DNA of 64,000 bases from Chthoniobacterales bacterium. GTDB lineage: Bacteria > Verrucomicrobiota > Verrucomicrobiia > Chthoniobacterales > UBA6821. The stretch spans positions 3,516 to 67,515 of the forward strand of contig JAPJNA010000049.1 in NCBI GenBank assembly GCA_026461395.1, written 5' to 3'. Shown piece by piece: positions 1 through 9,276 of this stretch. The first letter of the stretch is position 1, and each line of letters starts with the position of its first letter. The position numbers were made by a program, and so were the translations under genes. The notes under the pieces are model-generated. The model saw nothing but the letters and a program-made list of their open reading frames with translations, made no database searches and had not been told where the DNA came from.

Positions 1-3
1 GGG

Positions 4-843
4 ATGTCGATCTTGACGCTACCGGAGGTATCGTCCCCCAAGCTTTCTCTCAAGTGGTCAGGGTACTCCGACAGCGGCAACATGAGGTCCAATAACGAAG
101 ATTCTTTCCTCGGACTGGCGATCGATGCAGCGGAAGTGCGTCATCTAGGAAAAGTCGGTACTACAACCCATGCTGAGAACGATCTGCTGTTTGCTGTCAG
201 CGATGGAATGGGTGGCGCGAATGCGGGTGAATTCGCAAGCAGGATCGTTGTTGATAAAATCACCCGGATGCTCCCCCCGCTGATCCGGCAACGAGCCAGC
301 GGCAAGCCAATCGGGTATGAAGGAGCTTTCGAAGCTCTTTTCTCGGAAATCAACAAGGCCCTTCAATATCTGGGCGACAGCTATGAGGAGTGCCGGGGGA
401 TGGGAGCCACCCTCAGCCTCTGCTGGTTTTCCGGCGATACGATGCACTTTGCTCATATCGGTGACACCCGCATCTACTCCCTGTTAAAAGATGGCAAAAT
501 CCTCCAGCTTACCGACGACGACACTCATGTCGGATGGCTGAAGCGCACCGGACAGATCAGTGAACTGGAGGCACGGATGCACCCGGCAAAGAACCGCCTG
601 CAAAAGGCGCTTGGGGCCGGCAATCAATTCGTGAACCCGCAGATCGGCGAGATCGCCTGCCATCCGGGCAACCGCTTCCTCATCTGCTCGGACGGAGTGA
701 CCGATGGACTCTCGGATCAACGAATCGCTGAGGTCTTGAAGGAATGTCCCAAAAATCGCACTCCCGCAGAGTATCTCGTGGTTGAAGCCGTGTCCTCTTC
801 AGGCAAGGATAATGCGACTGCAATGATTGTGACTATTTTATAG
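4..843 (+). CDS. PP2C-family (PrpC/Stp1-like) Ser/Thr protein phosphatase
   Basis: Motifs RSNNED, SDGMGG, HIGDTRIY, ICSDGV, GKDNAT of PPM/PP2C phosphatases. Confidence 0.92.
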   Translation: MSILTLPEVSSPKLSLKWSGYSDSGNMRSNNEDSFLGLAIDAAEVRHLGKVGTTTHAENDLLFAVSDGMGGANAGEFASRIVVDKITRMLPPLIRQRASGKPIGYEGAFEALFSEINKALQYLGDSYEECRGMGATLSLCWFSGDTMHFAHIGDTRIYSLLKDGKILQLTDDDTHVGWLKRTGQISELEARMHPAKNRLQKALGAGNQFVNPQIGEIACHPGNRFLICSDGVTDGLSDQRIAEVLKECPKNRTPAEYLVVEAVSSSGKDNATAMIVTIL

Positions 844-847
844 CCAC

Positions 848-896
848 AGGCTGAAGCAGTTTGGACTGAAGGCCGATAGGATATGGTGATGGCGGA
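848..896. repeat. Degenerate ~7-mer array (aggctga-type) after the phosphatase stop
   Basis: aggctga agcagtt tggactg aaggccg ataggat; shares ggctgaag with arrays at 42296 and 44472. Confidence 0.45.
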
Positions 897-908
897 TTTA
901 TCCTAAGA

Positions 909-930
909 CCTTTAGGTCCGTCCCTAAAGG
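909..930. terminator. Hairpin between convergent phosphatase and rpiB genes
   Basis: cctttagg-tccgtc-cctaaagg, perfect 8-bp stem; no clear U-tract. Confidence 0.45.
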
Positions 931-989
931 CACGCTGCGGCTTGGAAGTTTTGATGCCTCGCTAGGAGCGTGACCGATGCCGTAGTAAA

Positions 990-1442
990 CTACTGCATGG
1001 GGAGACCGGCCTCATACTTAGCCAGTTCCTCAATACGCTTCAGGTGGCGGCCACCCTCGAACGGGGTGGAGAGCCAAAGATCAACCAGCCGCTTGGCGGT
1101 CTCGAGCGAGACCATGCGCTCGCCGATCGAGAGGACATTCGCGTTGTTGTGCTGGCTGGCGAGCTTGGCGGTCTCATCACTCCAGGCGATGGCACAACGG
1201 ATCCCCTTCACCTTGTTAGCAGCGATAGCCTCCCCATTGCCGGAGCCGCCGACGACGATGCCCTTCTCAGCTTCACCGCTAGCCACACGCTCAGCGGCGG
1301 GAATGCACCAGAGGGGATAGTCGGTGGAGTCGGCGGAATGGGTGCCGCAGTCGATAATATCATGCCCCTGCGTGCGGAGCATCTCGGCCAAGGCCTGCTT
1401 GTATTCAAATCCTGCGTGGTCACTGCCGAGGGAAATTTTCAT
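990..1442 (-). CDS. rpiB: Ribose-5-phosphate isomerase B
   Basis: GSDHAG, DYP, GGSGNG, HNNAN, FEGGRH motifs. Confidence 0.95.
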   Translation of the reverse strand: MKISLGSDHAGFEYKQALAEMLRTQGHDIIDCGTHSADSTDYPLWCIPAAERVASGEAEKGIVVGGSGNGEAIAANKVKGIRCAIAWSDETAKLASQHNNANVLSIGERMVSLETAKRLVDLWLSTPFEGGRHLKRIEELAKYEAGLPMQ

Positions 1443-1469
1443 GATACAGCGGTATTGGGATGGACCTAA

Positions 1470-1712
1470 TCAGCCCTCGATCGTGTTGATCTCAACCGGC
1501 TCGACCTTCACTCCCAGCTCCTCGAGCCAGGCGATCGATCGCTTGATCTCGCCGCGCTCGCCGATGAGCTCGAGACAGACAAGGCCGATTTCGTTCGTCA
1601 CACTGGCCTGGCGGACATTCGTCGTGACGGAGAATTCGTGTCCCAGTTCGTAAACAAGCGGGCGTGTGATGAGCTTCGCCGGATACATGAGCCAGAGGCG
1701 GGTCGTTTCCAT
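1470..1712 (-). CDS. Stand-alone NIL-domain protein
   Basis: 80 aa, P..YEL..EF.V..N...A.V...G..CLEL.G pattern typical of NIL domains; in operon with moaD-like gene. Confidence 0.75.
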   Translation of the reverse strand: METTRLWLMYPAKLITRPLVYELGHEFSVTTNVRQASVTNEIGLVCLELIGERGEIKRSIAWLEELGVKVEPVEINTIEG

Positions 1713-1775
1713 ATGAAAAAAGATCGGAGGTTAGGGTCGCGAAGGCAAGAGGACTATCGGCAGGGGACTATCGGA

Positions 1776-2048
1776 CTAGCCTCCGGCGATAGCTGGAACG
1801 ATAGAGACGACATCGGCCTCTTGGATCGGGGTCTCTTTTTCCTGAAGGAAGCGGACATCCTCGTCGTTCACAAAGATATTCACGAAGCGACGTATGACGC
1901 CGTTTTCATCGACGATGCGCTCGCTCAGACCTGGATAGGCAGCATTGAGCTCGTCCAGAACGACGCCGAGCGTGGCGCCGGAGACCGTGACCTCCTCGAG
2001 ATTATTGGTTAGCTTGCGGAGTGGAGTGGGGATGCGGACGATTGGCAT
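1776..2048 (-). CDS. MoaD/ThiS/CysO-family ubiquitin-like sulfur carrier
   Basis: 90 aa, V.IPTPLR start, NIFVNDEDVR, C-terminal PAIAGG. Confidence 0.92.
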   Translation of the reverse strand: MPIVRIPTPLRKLTNNLEEVTVSGATLGVVLDELNAAYPGLSERIVDENGVIRRFVNIFVNDEDVRFLQEKETPIQEADVVSIVPAIAGG

Positions 2049-2052
2049 GGGA

Positions 2053-2094
2053 TTAGGTAATAGGGTTTAGGTGATAGGTAATGGGGAGTGAAGG
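2053..2094. repeat. Six degenerate heptamers filling the thrC-like/moaD-like spacer
   Basis: ttaggta atagggt ttaggtg ataggta atgggga gtgaagg. Confidence 0.7.
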
Positions 2095-3351
2095 TTAGTT
2101 TTTTGTCCCGACCTCGTCGGCAACAAGGGCCTCAAACTCGCGAAGGCTCGGTCCGATGACGCGAGGCTCGCCAACCTTGCCGATGATCGCTTCCTGAGTC
2201 TTGAGGCCGTGGCCCGTGATGCAGAGGACAGCGCTCTCATCACTGGGGATTTTGCCAGACTCGATGAGCTTCCTAGCACAGGCGACAGTCACGCCACCGG
2301 CGGTCTCGGCAAAGATCCCAGTGGTCTCGGCCAGGAGCTTGATCCCCTCGACGATCTCCTCATCGGTGCAATCTTCACAGCTTCCACCTGTCTCCTTCAT
2401 GCTCCGGATCGCGTAATACCCATCCGCAGGAGTACCGATGGCAAGTGACTTGGCGATGGTGTCGGGGTTCTGGACCGGCTTGACCATTTCAGTTCCTGCC
2501 TTGAAGGCCGTACTGATGGGTGAGCAACCCGAGGCCTGGGCTCCGTGTATCGAGAAATCGCTCTTTTCCACGATGTCGAGATCGATGAACTCCTTGTAGG
2601 CCTTGTGGAGCTTGGTCAGAAGTGATCCGGAGGCCATGCAGACCACGGTGTGGCGCGGTAGCTTCCAGCCGAGTTGTTCGGCAATCTCAAAGCCCATCGT
2701 CTTGGATCCTTCGGCGTAGTAAGGGCGCAGATTAACATTAACGAATCCCCATCCATACTTACCGGCGATCTCGGAGCAGAGGCGGTTCACTTGGTCATAG
2801 GGGCCCTTGATGCCAATGACATTGGTGCCGTAAACAAGTGATCCCAAGACCTTCCCCTGCTCCAGATTAGAGGGAATGAGGACATAGCTCTTAAGTCCCG
2901 CATTCGCGGCATTGGCTGCGACGGAGTTGGCCAGATTGCCGGTGGAGGCACAGGCAACCACCTTGAAGCCAAGCTCACGGGCCCGGCTCAGAGCCACGGA
3001 GACAACGCGGTCCTTGAAGGAGAGAGTCGGATAGTTGACGGAGTCATTCTTGATCCAGAGTTCGCGGATGCCAAGGGCCTTGGCAAGGCGGTCGGCCTTC
3101 ACCAGCGGGGTGAATCCCACCTGGGTGCCTACCGTCGGCTCGCCATCAATCGGAAGAAGCTCCCGATAGCGCCACATCGTCTGGGGCCGGGACTCAATCA
3201 ACTCACGGGTAAACACCTCGCGGATGGCGTCATAGTCGTACGCTGCCTCGAGAGGGCCAAAGTCGAATTCGCAGATATGGATTGCCTCCTTCTCGTAGAG
3301 GCGTCCGCATTCGCGGCATTTCAAATTACTAAACCAAGGTTTTGTGGACAT
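2095..3351 (-). CDS. Threonine synthase-like PLP enzyme (fold type II), possibly O-phosphohomoserine sulfhydrylase
   Basis: PLP-lysine motif PTLSFKDR, ASTGNLA, N-terminal CxxC; family certain, exact reaction inferred from context. Confidence 0.85.
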   Translation of the reverse strand: MSTKPWFSNLKCRECGRLYEKEAIHICEFDFGPLEAAYDYDAIREVFTRELIESRPQTMWRYRELLPIDGEPTVGTQVGFTPLVKADRLAKALGIRELWIKNDSVNYPTLSFKDRVVSVALSRARELGFKVVACASTGNLANSVAANAANAGLKSYVLIPSNLEQGKVLGSLVYGTNVIGIKGPYDQVNRLCSEIAGKYGWGFVNVNLRPYYAEGSKTMGFEIAEQLGWKLPRHTVVCMASGSLLTKLHKAYKEFIDLDIVEKSDFSIHGAQASGCSPISTAFKAGTEMVKPVQNPDTIAKSLAIGTPADGYYAIRSMKETGGSCEDCTDEEIVEGIKLLAETTGIFAETAGGVTVACARKLIESGKIPSDESAVLCITGHGLKTQEAIIGKVGEPRVIGPSLREFEALVADEVGTKN

Positions 3352-3434
3352 GGGATCTCGTCGTTGTTGCTCAACAAGAGTGACGAAGAGACTTGGTTAT
3401 CCCATCGAGGAGTTCTCGACAGCCGCACCAAGTA

Positions 3435-3547
3435 TCTCATCTTTTCCCCGATTGCTCGGAGCTGGATTTGGCACCTGGGCCTACGAAAAATTCCGCAGCG
3501 GTTGCCGTGACATCAGCGGGCCAGTCCCTCCGTCACTCTTGATAAGA
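3435..3547 (-). promoter_or_regulatory. SAM-I (S-box) riboswitch aptamer
   Basis: Minus strand reads tcttatcaagag..ggagggactggccc..ggcaacc..aggtgccaaatcc..gatgaga, matching the SAM-I consensus; 83 nt upstream of the thrC-like start. Confidence 0.95.
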
Positions 3548-3606
3548 TTGAAATGGAATTGTTAATCTTAAGACTCTGATCGTCAAGAGAAGTTTCAGCA
3601 AATGGG

Positions 3607-3636
3607 TTGACCCATGAGTCGTTCACCGCTTATGGT
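3607..3636 (+). promoter_or_regulatory. Candidate sigma70 promoter for the tRNA
   Basis: ttgacc-18 nt-tatggt, 13 nt before the tRNA. Confidence 0.4.
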
Positions 3637-3649
3637 TTAACCCCTCAAC

Positions 3650-3723
3650 GCAGCCATAGCTCAATTGGATAGAGCATCTGACTACGGATCAGAAGGTTTG
3701 AGGTTCGACTCCTCATGGCTGCA
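3650..3723 (+). tRNA. tRNA-Arg (ACG)
   Basis: Acceptor gcagcca/tggctgc, anticodon arm tctga-ctACGga-tcaga, T-loop ggttcgactcc; CCA not encoded. Confidence 0.97.
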
Positions 3724-3734
3724 CTCTTTTTTTA

Positions 3735-4649
3735 TCAGGGTCTCTGAAATGCACCCTTGATCCACCCAGAAAATCGGACGCGTTCCACAAGCGCCATGTG
3801 AGGGACGGTCAGAGCGGCCAGTCCTACAAAAACAATCTGAATCAGGCGTTCATCGAGGGACTTTCCTTTGAGGAACCACCAGGCAAGCGCCGAGACCACG
3901 GCAACGCCGATCATCGGCAGGAGAGCAGAAAGAGCCAGGAGGCGTCTCGAAAGAGATCCCGAGTAGTCGATGGTCCTGAGGATATGGCGAGCGCTGTGCA
4001 TGCCGCAAAAAAAGAGGGTGAATGCGATGAGAGGAGGCGCTGCAACACTTAGCAAAACGACGGAGGCTATCTCCATGGCTCCCAGCCAATCACTCCACGC
4101 AAGCAGGATCACTCCGAGTGCAACGCACGGCAGCCAGATCCAGGCAATCAACTTGATCCATGGCATGAGCAGAAGGGCAGGCTCATTACCCACGAGAAGC
4201 CCAAAAAGTTGCGCCATCTCCTCCGAGTGAAAGAGTGCGGGCAATAGAAGCACGCTTCCCCCATAGAGGATTCGAGTCGCGTGGGGGGTTCCCTCCTCAG
4301 GATCCCCCGAGAAATGGGCCGCTGAGATTAAAAGAAACAAAATCAAAAAACCCATCGGCGCCCACCACCAAACCGCTACAACAACTGCTGCTAGAAGAAG
4401 ATAGATCATGGCAAAAAGCATCCAGTCCGTTGGCTTCCGAAGATCGTAAAGTCTGTAAGCAAAGATCGTGTCGAATGCCCCGTGCGGGACCCCCAGAAGA
4501 AGGATCAAGGTCGCAAGGATGATGAGTCCTGATTGATCGTTACCCCCCCCTTTTTGAGACCCAACCAGTGCGAAAAAAGCCGCCGCTCCAAGCGCGCAGA
4601 GGCTGAACAAAAATCCTTGAATACGGAGCGGGCTCATCAGTTTCATCAT
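3735..4649 (-). CDS. blh: Brp/Blh beta-carotene 15,15'-dioxygenase (retinal synthesis)
   Basis: Membrane protein with GVPHGAFD, AAHF, HSARH, LTVPHM histidine motifs; last gene of the crt cluster. Confidence 0.92.
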   Translation of the reverse strand: MMKLMSPLRIQGFLFSLCALGAAAFFALVGSQKGGGNDQSGLIILATLILLLGVPHGAFDTIFAYRLYDLRKPTDWMLFAMIYLLLAAVVVAVWWWAPMGFLILFLLISAAHFSGDPEEGTPHATRILYGGSVLLLPALFHSEEMAQLFGLLVGNEPALLLMPWIKLIAWIWLPCVALGVILLAWSDWLGAMEIASVVLLSVAAPPLIAFTLFFCGMHSARHILRTIDYSGSLSRRLLALSALLPMIGVAVVSALAWWFLKGKSLDERLIQIVFVGLAALTVPHMALVERVRFSGWIKGAFQRP

Positions 4650-5839
4650 GCCCCCTTTTCTTTTTTCCCTCTTTTTGTTCTATTGCCGTAGGATAACCCA
4701 ACGGTCTTGGCCAATTCGCTCAGAAAAGGCACCGGAGGAAGCGATGCCATGATTGTGAGGCAATCAGCGAGACTCGCGCGATCACTCATAAAGCGGGCTA
4801 CGCGAACCGGGTCCACCTTGGAAAAGAGTGAAAAGAAAAGATCAGGAGCCAGTTCGGGACGGGAGTAAAGCACATGCAGAAAAAGAGCGTCCATGGTGCG
4901 GATGATGGTAGGATCTTGCGGATGGGATATTGGGGGACGGCCCTTTGCCAACACTATGGCGCACTCTTGCGACCACTTCCAGATGCGCTGAAAGGCGTAT
5001 CCACTGCTGGGTCTTGCCCCTCCGGCCATCAGTCCCGCACGGACGTAGCTGGGATCAGTCTGTCGATTTTCAGGAGGTGCCCCCATGGGTAGGATTCCAT
5101 GCTCTTTCCTGCCGCTTGAGTAAGGGCTCCCTTGAAGTCGTTGTTTGACGAGAACGCCGAACGACTCCTCCAAATCCTCTGCTTTCAAAGGCTCCGGTCC
5201 GAAAACCGTAGCCTCCACAAGGGCTTTCTTCTTGGAGAAAGGGAGAACGTATAGGAAGAGGATCCTTTCGGATGAACTTCCAGAAAAATCCATTAGCTCC
5301 GCGCAACCCGGATCAAAGATTTCCTCTTCAGTTGTGATCTCCTCCCCAAGGAACGACTGCCAAAGAAGAGGTTCAAAGTGGCCAAAATGCGGGACCTTGG
5401 GACGAGTATCCACGATCTGTGGGGCCGTGTAGACTCCCATCGGAGTTTCCACATGCCAGAGCCCACCTCTCTTCAAAACCTCACCCGAGACGATGCTTTC
5501 CATCTTCAAATTGATCCGAGAGGACTTGTCAATCACTCCTACTGCAGCCTGGTAGAAGTCTTTGGAGGCGACCATGAGGTAGGGATTTTCTTTGCAGCTG
5601 CGGGTGATGCGATCCTTGGCCGTGGCAATTGAAAAAGATTCCCACCGGTGGGTAGCGAGCTTTTCCGACCCAGACCCAAAACCGCCCCAAAAACACCAGG
5701 TGCGATCATTGGTATATTCCTGCCTGCCCTCGAGAATAAGAGTCCGGAGGCTGGCCTCTCCATAGTTGGCAAGATTCATGCCGAGGCTTAACCCGGCACA
5801 ACCACCCCCCAAGATGATGAGATCGGAGTGATTGCTCAT
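4646..5839 (-). CDS. crtY: Lycopene beta-cyclase
   Basis: GGGCAGLSL FAD motif, DRTWCFW, E.G.LPM, SSGYAF; 4-nt overlaps with both neighbours. Confidence 0.9.
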   Translation of the reverse strand: MSNHSDLIILGGGCAGLSLGMNLANYGEASLRTLILEGRQEYTNDRTWCFWGGFGSGSEKLATHRWESFSIATAKDRITRSCKENPYLMVASKDFYQAAVGVIDKSSRINLKMESIVSGEVLKRGGLWHVETPMGVYTAPQIVDTRPKVPHFGHFEPLLWQSFLGEEITTEEEIFDPGCAELMDFSGSSSERILFLYVLPFSKKKALVEATVFGPEPLKAEDLEESFGVLVKQRLQGSPYSSGRKEHGILPMGAPPENRQTDPSYVRAGLMAGGARPSSGYAFQRIWKWSQECAIVLAKGRPPISHPQDPTIIRTMDALFLHVLYSRPELAPDLFFSLFSKVDPVRVARFMSDRASLADCLTIMASLPPVPFLSELAKTVGLSYGNRTKRGKKEKGA

Positions 5840-6756
5840 GGAGCGATCTCAAGGCCTGCAAGTGCGATGTGGAGTTCCGAGCGGTGAGCGCAGGTAGCAG
5901 ACCAGAACGATCCCTCTCTCGATCCCTTCAGCACGAGGCTCGTGAGAGCCGACACCGTGATAATCGCCTTTTGAGCGGAAGAGACCATCGCCCGTCGGGA
6001 CCAGCAATCTCCCTTGCGTGAAATAAGATCGAGCCCAATGCCTCGATAGACCCTGGAGGCGATCAAGATAGCCCCGCGTGCACGCAAGGGCAGGTAGGAG
6101 AGTCCCTCCTCGCCGCTTCGGTAGTAGTCTTCAGAAAGTCGCAAGAGTTCGAGTACTCCCGAGGCAATCTTAGCGCACACGGCAGAGCTGGGGTTGATCA
6201 ACTCTTGGGCAGAAAGATCTCCTACAAGGGTGCAGGGAAGGTATCGACGGCCCATTGCGCCATCCTCAAGGACATCGCGACAGATATTAGTCAATTGCAT
6301 GGCAATCCCAAGGTCGACGGCATACGGATAGGCTGCTGGGGAGCTGACATCAAGAACACGGCACATCATGAGGCCTACGGTGCCGGCCACGCGGTAGCAG
6401 TAGCGGATGAGTTCATCCACATCAGCGATCCGAACCTCCCCCAGATCCGAGGCGATTCCATTGATAAGTTCAAGAATCGGCTCTTTCGAAATACCACACT
6501 CTCGGGCCAGTGAGAGGCCGTCGCTGAGGGAGGCATCAGCAGATTCACCTCTCTGGACATCTTCCCGTGCCGCTTCGATTTTTGAGCGCGCCTCATGGGG
6601 AGAGGAGGACTCATCGGCAAGATCATCCAAATAGCGACAAAATGCATAAAGCCTTGTTGCTCTCTCCGCATGCCTACTCCCTAAAAAGTGCCGCGCCCAA
6701 TAAAAGCTACGCCCCTTACTGGAGAGCACCTCGTTGGCAGAGGGTGCTAAGATCAT
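5836..6756 (-). CDS. crtB: Phytoene synthase
   Basis: GRSFYWA, YAFCRYLDDLAD, YCYRVAGTVG, MQLTNICRDV; start moved to the ATG at 6756 (gagg upstream, 7 nt after crtI stop). Confidence 0.93.
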   Translation of the reverse strand: MILAPSANEVLSSKGRSFYWARHFLGSRHAERATRLYAFCRYLDDLADESSSPHEARSKIEAAREDVQRGESADASLSDGLSLARECGISKEPILELINGIASDLGEVRIADVDELIRYCYRVAGTVGLMMCRVLDVSSPAAYPYAVDLGIAMQLTNICRDVLEDGAMGRRYLPCTLVGDLSAQELINPSSAVCAKIASGVLELLRLSEDYYRSGEEGLSYLPLRARGAILIASRVYRGIGLDLISRKGDCWSRRAMVSSAQKAIITVSALTSLVLKGSREGSFWSATCAHRSELHIALAGLEIAP

Positions 6757-6763
6757 GCCGGCC

Positions 6764-8248
6764 TCATGCCGGGTTAAAGGCTTCGGCGCGCGGCAGAAGG
6801 GCATCCACCACTTTTGCCGAACAGAGAACCCCGGGCAGTCCAGCACCCGGATGAGTGCCTGCGCCGGTGAGGAAGAGATTCCTGATTCCCTCACCTTTAT
6901 TATGAAAGCGAAACCAAGCAGACTGACGGAAAATGGGGGCGATGGAAAAACCTGCCCCATGGGTACTCAGGTACTCATCGCTAAAATCCTTCGGCGTCTT
7001 GAAAAAATCTGCCCTGATCGTGGAGGAAAGTTCCGGAAGAATCGTCTCCTCCAAGGCCTTGACGATCCGATCCCGAAGTCTTGGTCCCTGGATGCTCCAA
7101 TCGATACCGGACTGCAGATTGGGAACCGGGCAAAGGACATAAAAGCTGTCGCACCCAGGAGGTGCAAAGCTTGGATCCGTGGCTGTCGGACGGTGCAGGT
7201 AGAGCGAAAAGTCATCTGCTAGGATTTTTCGGTCGAAGATATCCTTGAGTAACTCCTGATACCTCGGACCAAGCCAGATCGTGTGGTGGGCGACCTCCGG
7301 ATAGATGCGCGTCGTTCCAAAATAGAGCACAAAGAGTCCCATGGAGTATTTTGCCCCGGCAAGCTTGAGTCGTGAGGAGAGCGCCTGTTTCTTGGAACTG
7401 ATCATGTTGCCGTACAGGTGGGCGGGGTCTGTGTTGGTGACAATGAGGTCAGCCTTGACCATCTCTCCGCCCTCCAAGACTGCACCTGTCGCCTTTCCAC
7501 CCTCCACCACAATCCGCTCGATCGTTGTAACCAGGCGGGTCGAGATCTGTTGTCTCTCCATGAGGCTCCCGAGCGCAGAGGTAATCGCCGCAGTGCCACC
7601 CATCGCAAAATGGACGCCGTGCTTCCTCTCTAAATAATGGATTAGGGAATAAATGCTCGTGGTATCGAAGGGGTTTCCACCAACAAGGAGCGGCTGGATC
7701 GAGAAGGCCTGCCGCAGTTTGGGACTCAAAAGATAATGGCAGACCATTTGCCAGACAGTTTCGTAGTTACGCAGGCGAAGAAGTTTGGGAACCTGCCGTA
7801 CCATGGTTAAGACACGGTGAAAAGATACCGAGGAAAGCTCTTCAAAACCGACTTTGTAAATTTGCTTGGAATGCTCCACAAGGCGCAAATATCCCTCGCG
7901 GTCCTTGGGTTCGATGCGCCCTATTTCTTCCAGAGTCTCCTCGAGCGTCCCGCCATAATCGAAGGTGGTGCCGTCAGAGTATCTGAACCGGTACCACGGT
8001 TTCAGTGGTACAAGTTTCACATGGTCATGGAAGTTCTCCCCAAAGAGTTCAAAAAGCTCCTCAAAAAGAAACGGTGCGGTGATGACCGTGGGACCAGCAT
8101 CGTGACGAAAACCTTCCCTCTCATAAATCTGTGCACGACCTCCGAGCCCCGGGGATCGATCGATCAGGGTTACCTGATATCCTTTTGCCCGGAGCCTGAG
8201 TGCAGCCGCCATGCCCCCATAACCGGCTCCAATAACGAGCGCATGCAT
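6764..8248 (-). CDS. crtI: Phytoene desaturase
   Basis: GAGYGG, DAGPTVIT, QSAWFR, GAGTHPGAGLPGV. Confidence 0.95.
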   Translation of the reverse strand: MHALVIGAGYGGMAAALRLRAKGYQVTLIDRSPGLGGRAQIYEREGFRHDAGPTVITAPFLFEELFELFGENFHDHVKLVPLKPWYRFRYSDGTTFDYGGTLEETLEEIGRIEPKDREGYLRLVEHSKQIYKVGFEELSSVSFHRVLTMVRQVPKLLRLRNYETVWQMVCHYLLSPKLRQAFSIQPLLVGGNPFDTTSIYSLIHYLERKHGVHFAMGGTAAITSALGSLMERQQISTRLVTTIERIVVEGGKATGAVLEGGEMVKADLIVTNTDPAHLYGNMISSKKQALSSRLKLAGAKYSMGLFVLYFGTTRIYPEVAHHTIWLGPRYQELLKDIFDRKILADDFSLYLHRPTATDPSFAPPGCDSFYVLCPVPNLQSGIDWSIQGPRLRDRIVKALEETILPELSSTIRADFFKTPKDFSDEYLSTHGAGFSIAPIFRQSAWFRFHNKGEGIRNLFLTGAGTHPGAGLPGVLCSAKVVDALLPRAEAFNPA

Positions 8249-8261
8249 GGGCGGATAATAA

Positions 8262-9179
8262 TCAGCTCATCGCTTCGAGGCGATGAGAGAGTTCCCGGGC
8301 AATCTCACGGAGTAGCGCTCCAGAGCCATTGGGAAGTGATCCGGCGAGAGATGCCGCTTTAGACAGATGCGCAAGTGCATGACTGCGCGCCTTCTCCGAT
8401 GCCTCGTTGATTGGGCAACCGCTTGCCGCGGCAATCACTAGCAGTGCATTGACGGAAAGGGTCCCGCGATCTTGCTCCACATCCTCCATATCATCGGCGA
8501 TCTGATATCCGATGGCAAAATGCTCAGCGGCACGCCGCGCGTCCTCCGACCACATCCCTTTGGAGGAACCCTTAAGGGCAAGCTCCAGAGGAAGACTCAA
8601 AAGTGCCCCTGACTTGGCGGAGGCGATGGTGTCGTATGCAGCCATGTCGCTCTCTTCATCTCCGATCGGGACTAACCGCGCGCACTGACCCCCTATCACG
8701 ACTGCAATACGAGAGTGAACTAAGGATAGCAACTCGGGAAGCAGAAGCACGTTACTGAATCGTGCAAGGGCTGCATAGGCGGCTGAGAGAAGCAAATCCC
8801 CGGAACACAGGGCGACATGGAAGCCATAGGCTGCGTGGACGGTTTCGACTCCACGCCGGAATTGTTGGCGATCTTCCAGATCATCATGCACAAGAGAAGC
8901 GTTGTGGATGATCTCGACGCATGAGGCAATGGCCACCGAATCCTCAGGCGGAAGCCCAAGGGCACTTCCTGCAGAGAGTGCAAGCCTGGCACGAATACGC
9001 TGACCTCCAGAGGAGAGGTGATAGGACGCGGCGCGGGTTGAGTCCGATCGCCCCTCAATCAATCCCGCCGATCCCGCCGGCGATGCATGAACTACTTCCG
9101 TCATCCTTTCCTCCACCACGCCGAGAAGGGACTCGCCATGGAGTCCTGCTCCTACTCTTATCTTCGGAATCGTGGACAT
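8262..9179 (-). CDS. crtE: Geranylgeranyl diphosphate synthase
   Basis: GGQRIR, HNASLVHDDLED, KSGAL, YQIADDMED aspartate motifs; heads the crt genes. Confidence 0.85.
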   Translation of the reverse strand: MSTIPKIRVGAGLHGESLLGVVEERMTEVVHASPAGSAGLIEGRSDSTRAASYHLSSGGQRIRARLALSAGSALGLPPEDSVAIASCVEIIHNASLVHDDLEDRQQFRRGVETVHAAYGFHVALCSGDLLLSAAYAALARFSNVLLLPELLSLVHSRIAVVIGGQCARLVPIGDEESDMAAYDTIASAKSGALLSLPLELALKGSSKGMWSEDARRAAEHFAIGYQIADDMEDVEQDRGTLSVNALLVIAAASGCPINEASEKARSHALAHLSKAASLAGSLPNGSGALLREIARELSHRLEAMS

Positions 9180-9230
9180 AGTGGTAGACCTAGGCGATAG
9201 TGCCCGAGAACTAACCTTAGTTTATAAAGG

Positions 9231-9262
9231 AAATCCGTGCGCCGAATAAACCGGCGCACGGA
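9231..9262 (-). terminator. Hairpin plus partial U-tract after the rhodopsin gene
   Basis: tccgtgcgccg-aataaac-cggcgcacgga (11-bp perfect stem); minus strand continues tttccttta. Confidence 0.65.
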
Positions 9263-9276
9263 GAAACCCCTAAACG

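Noticed and set aside
5836-6960. Supplied long starts for crtB (also tolC-like, rhaA, prmA, lptC-like, pta)
   Set aside because: Extensions overlap neighbouring genes; downstream ATGs fit family N-termini.
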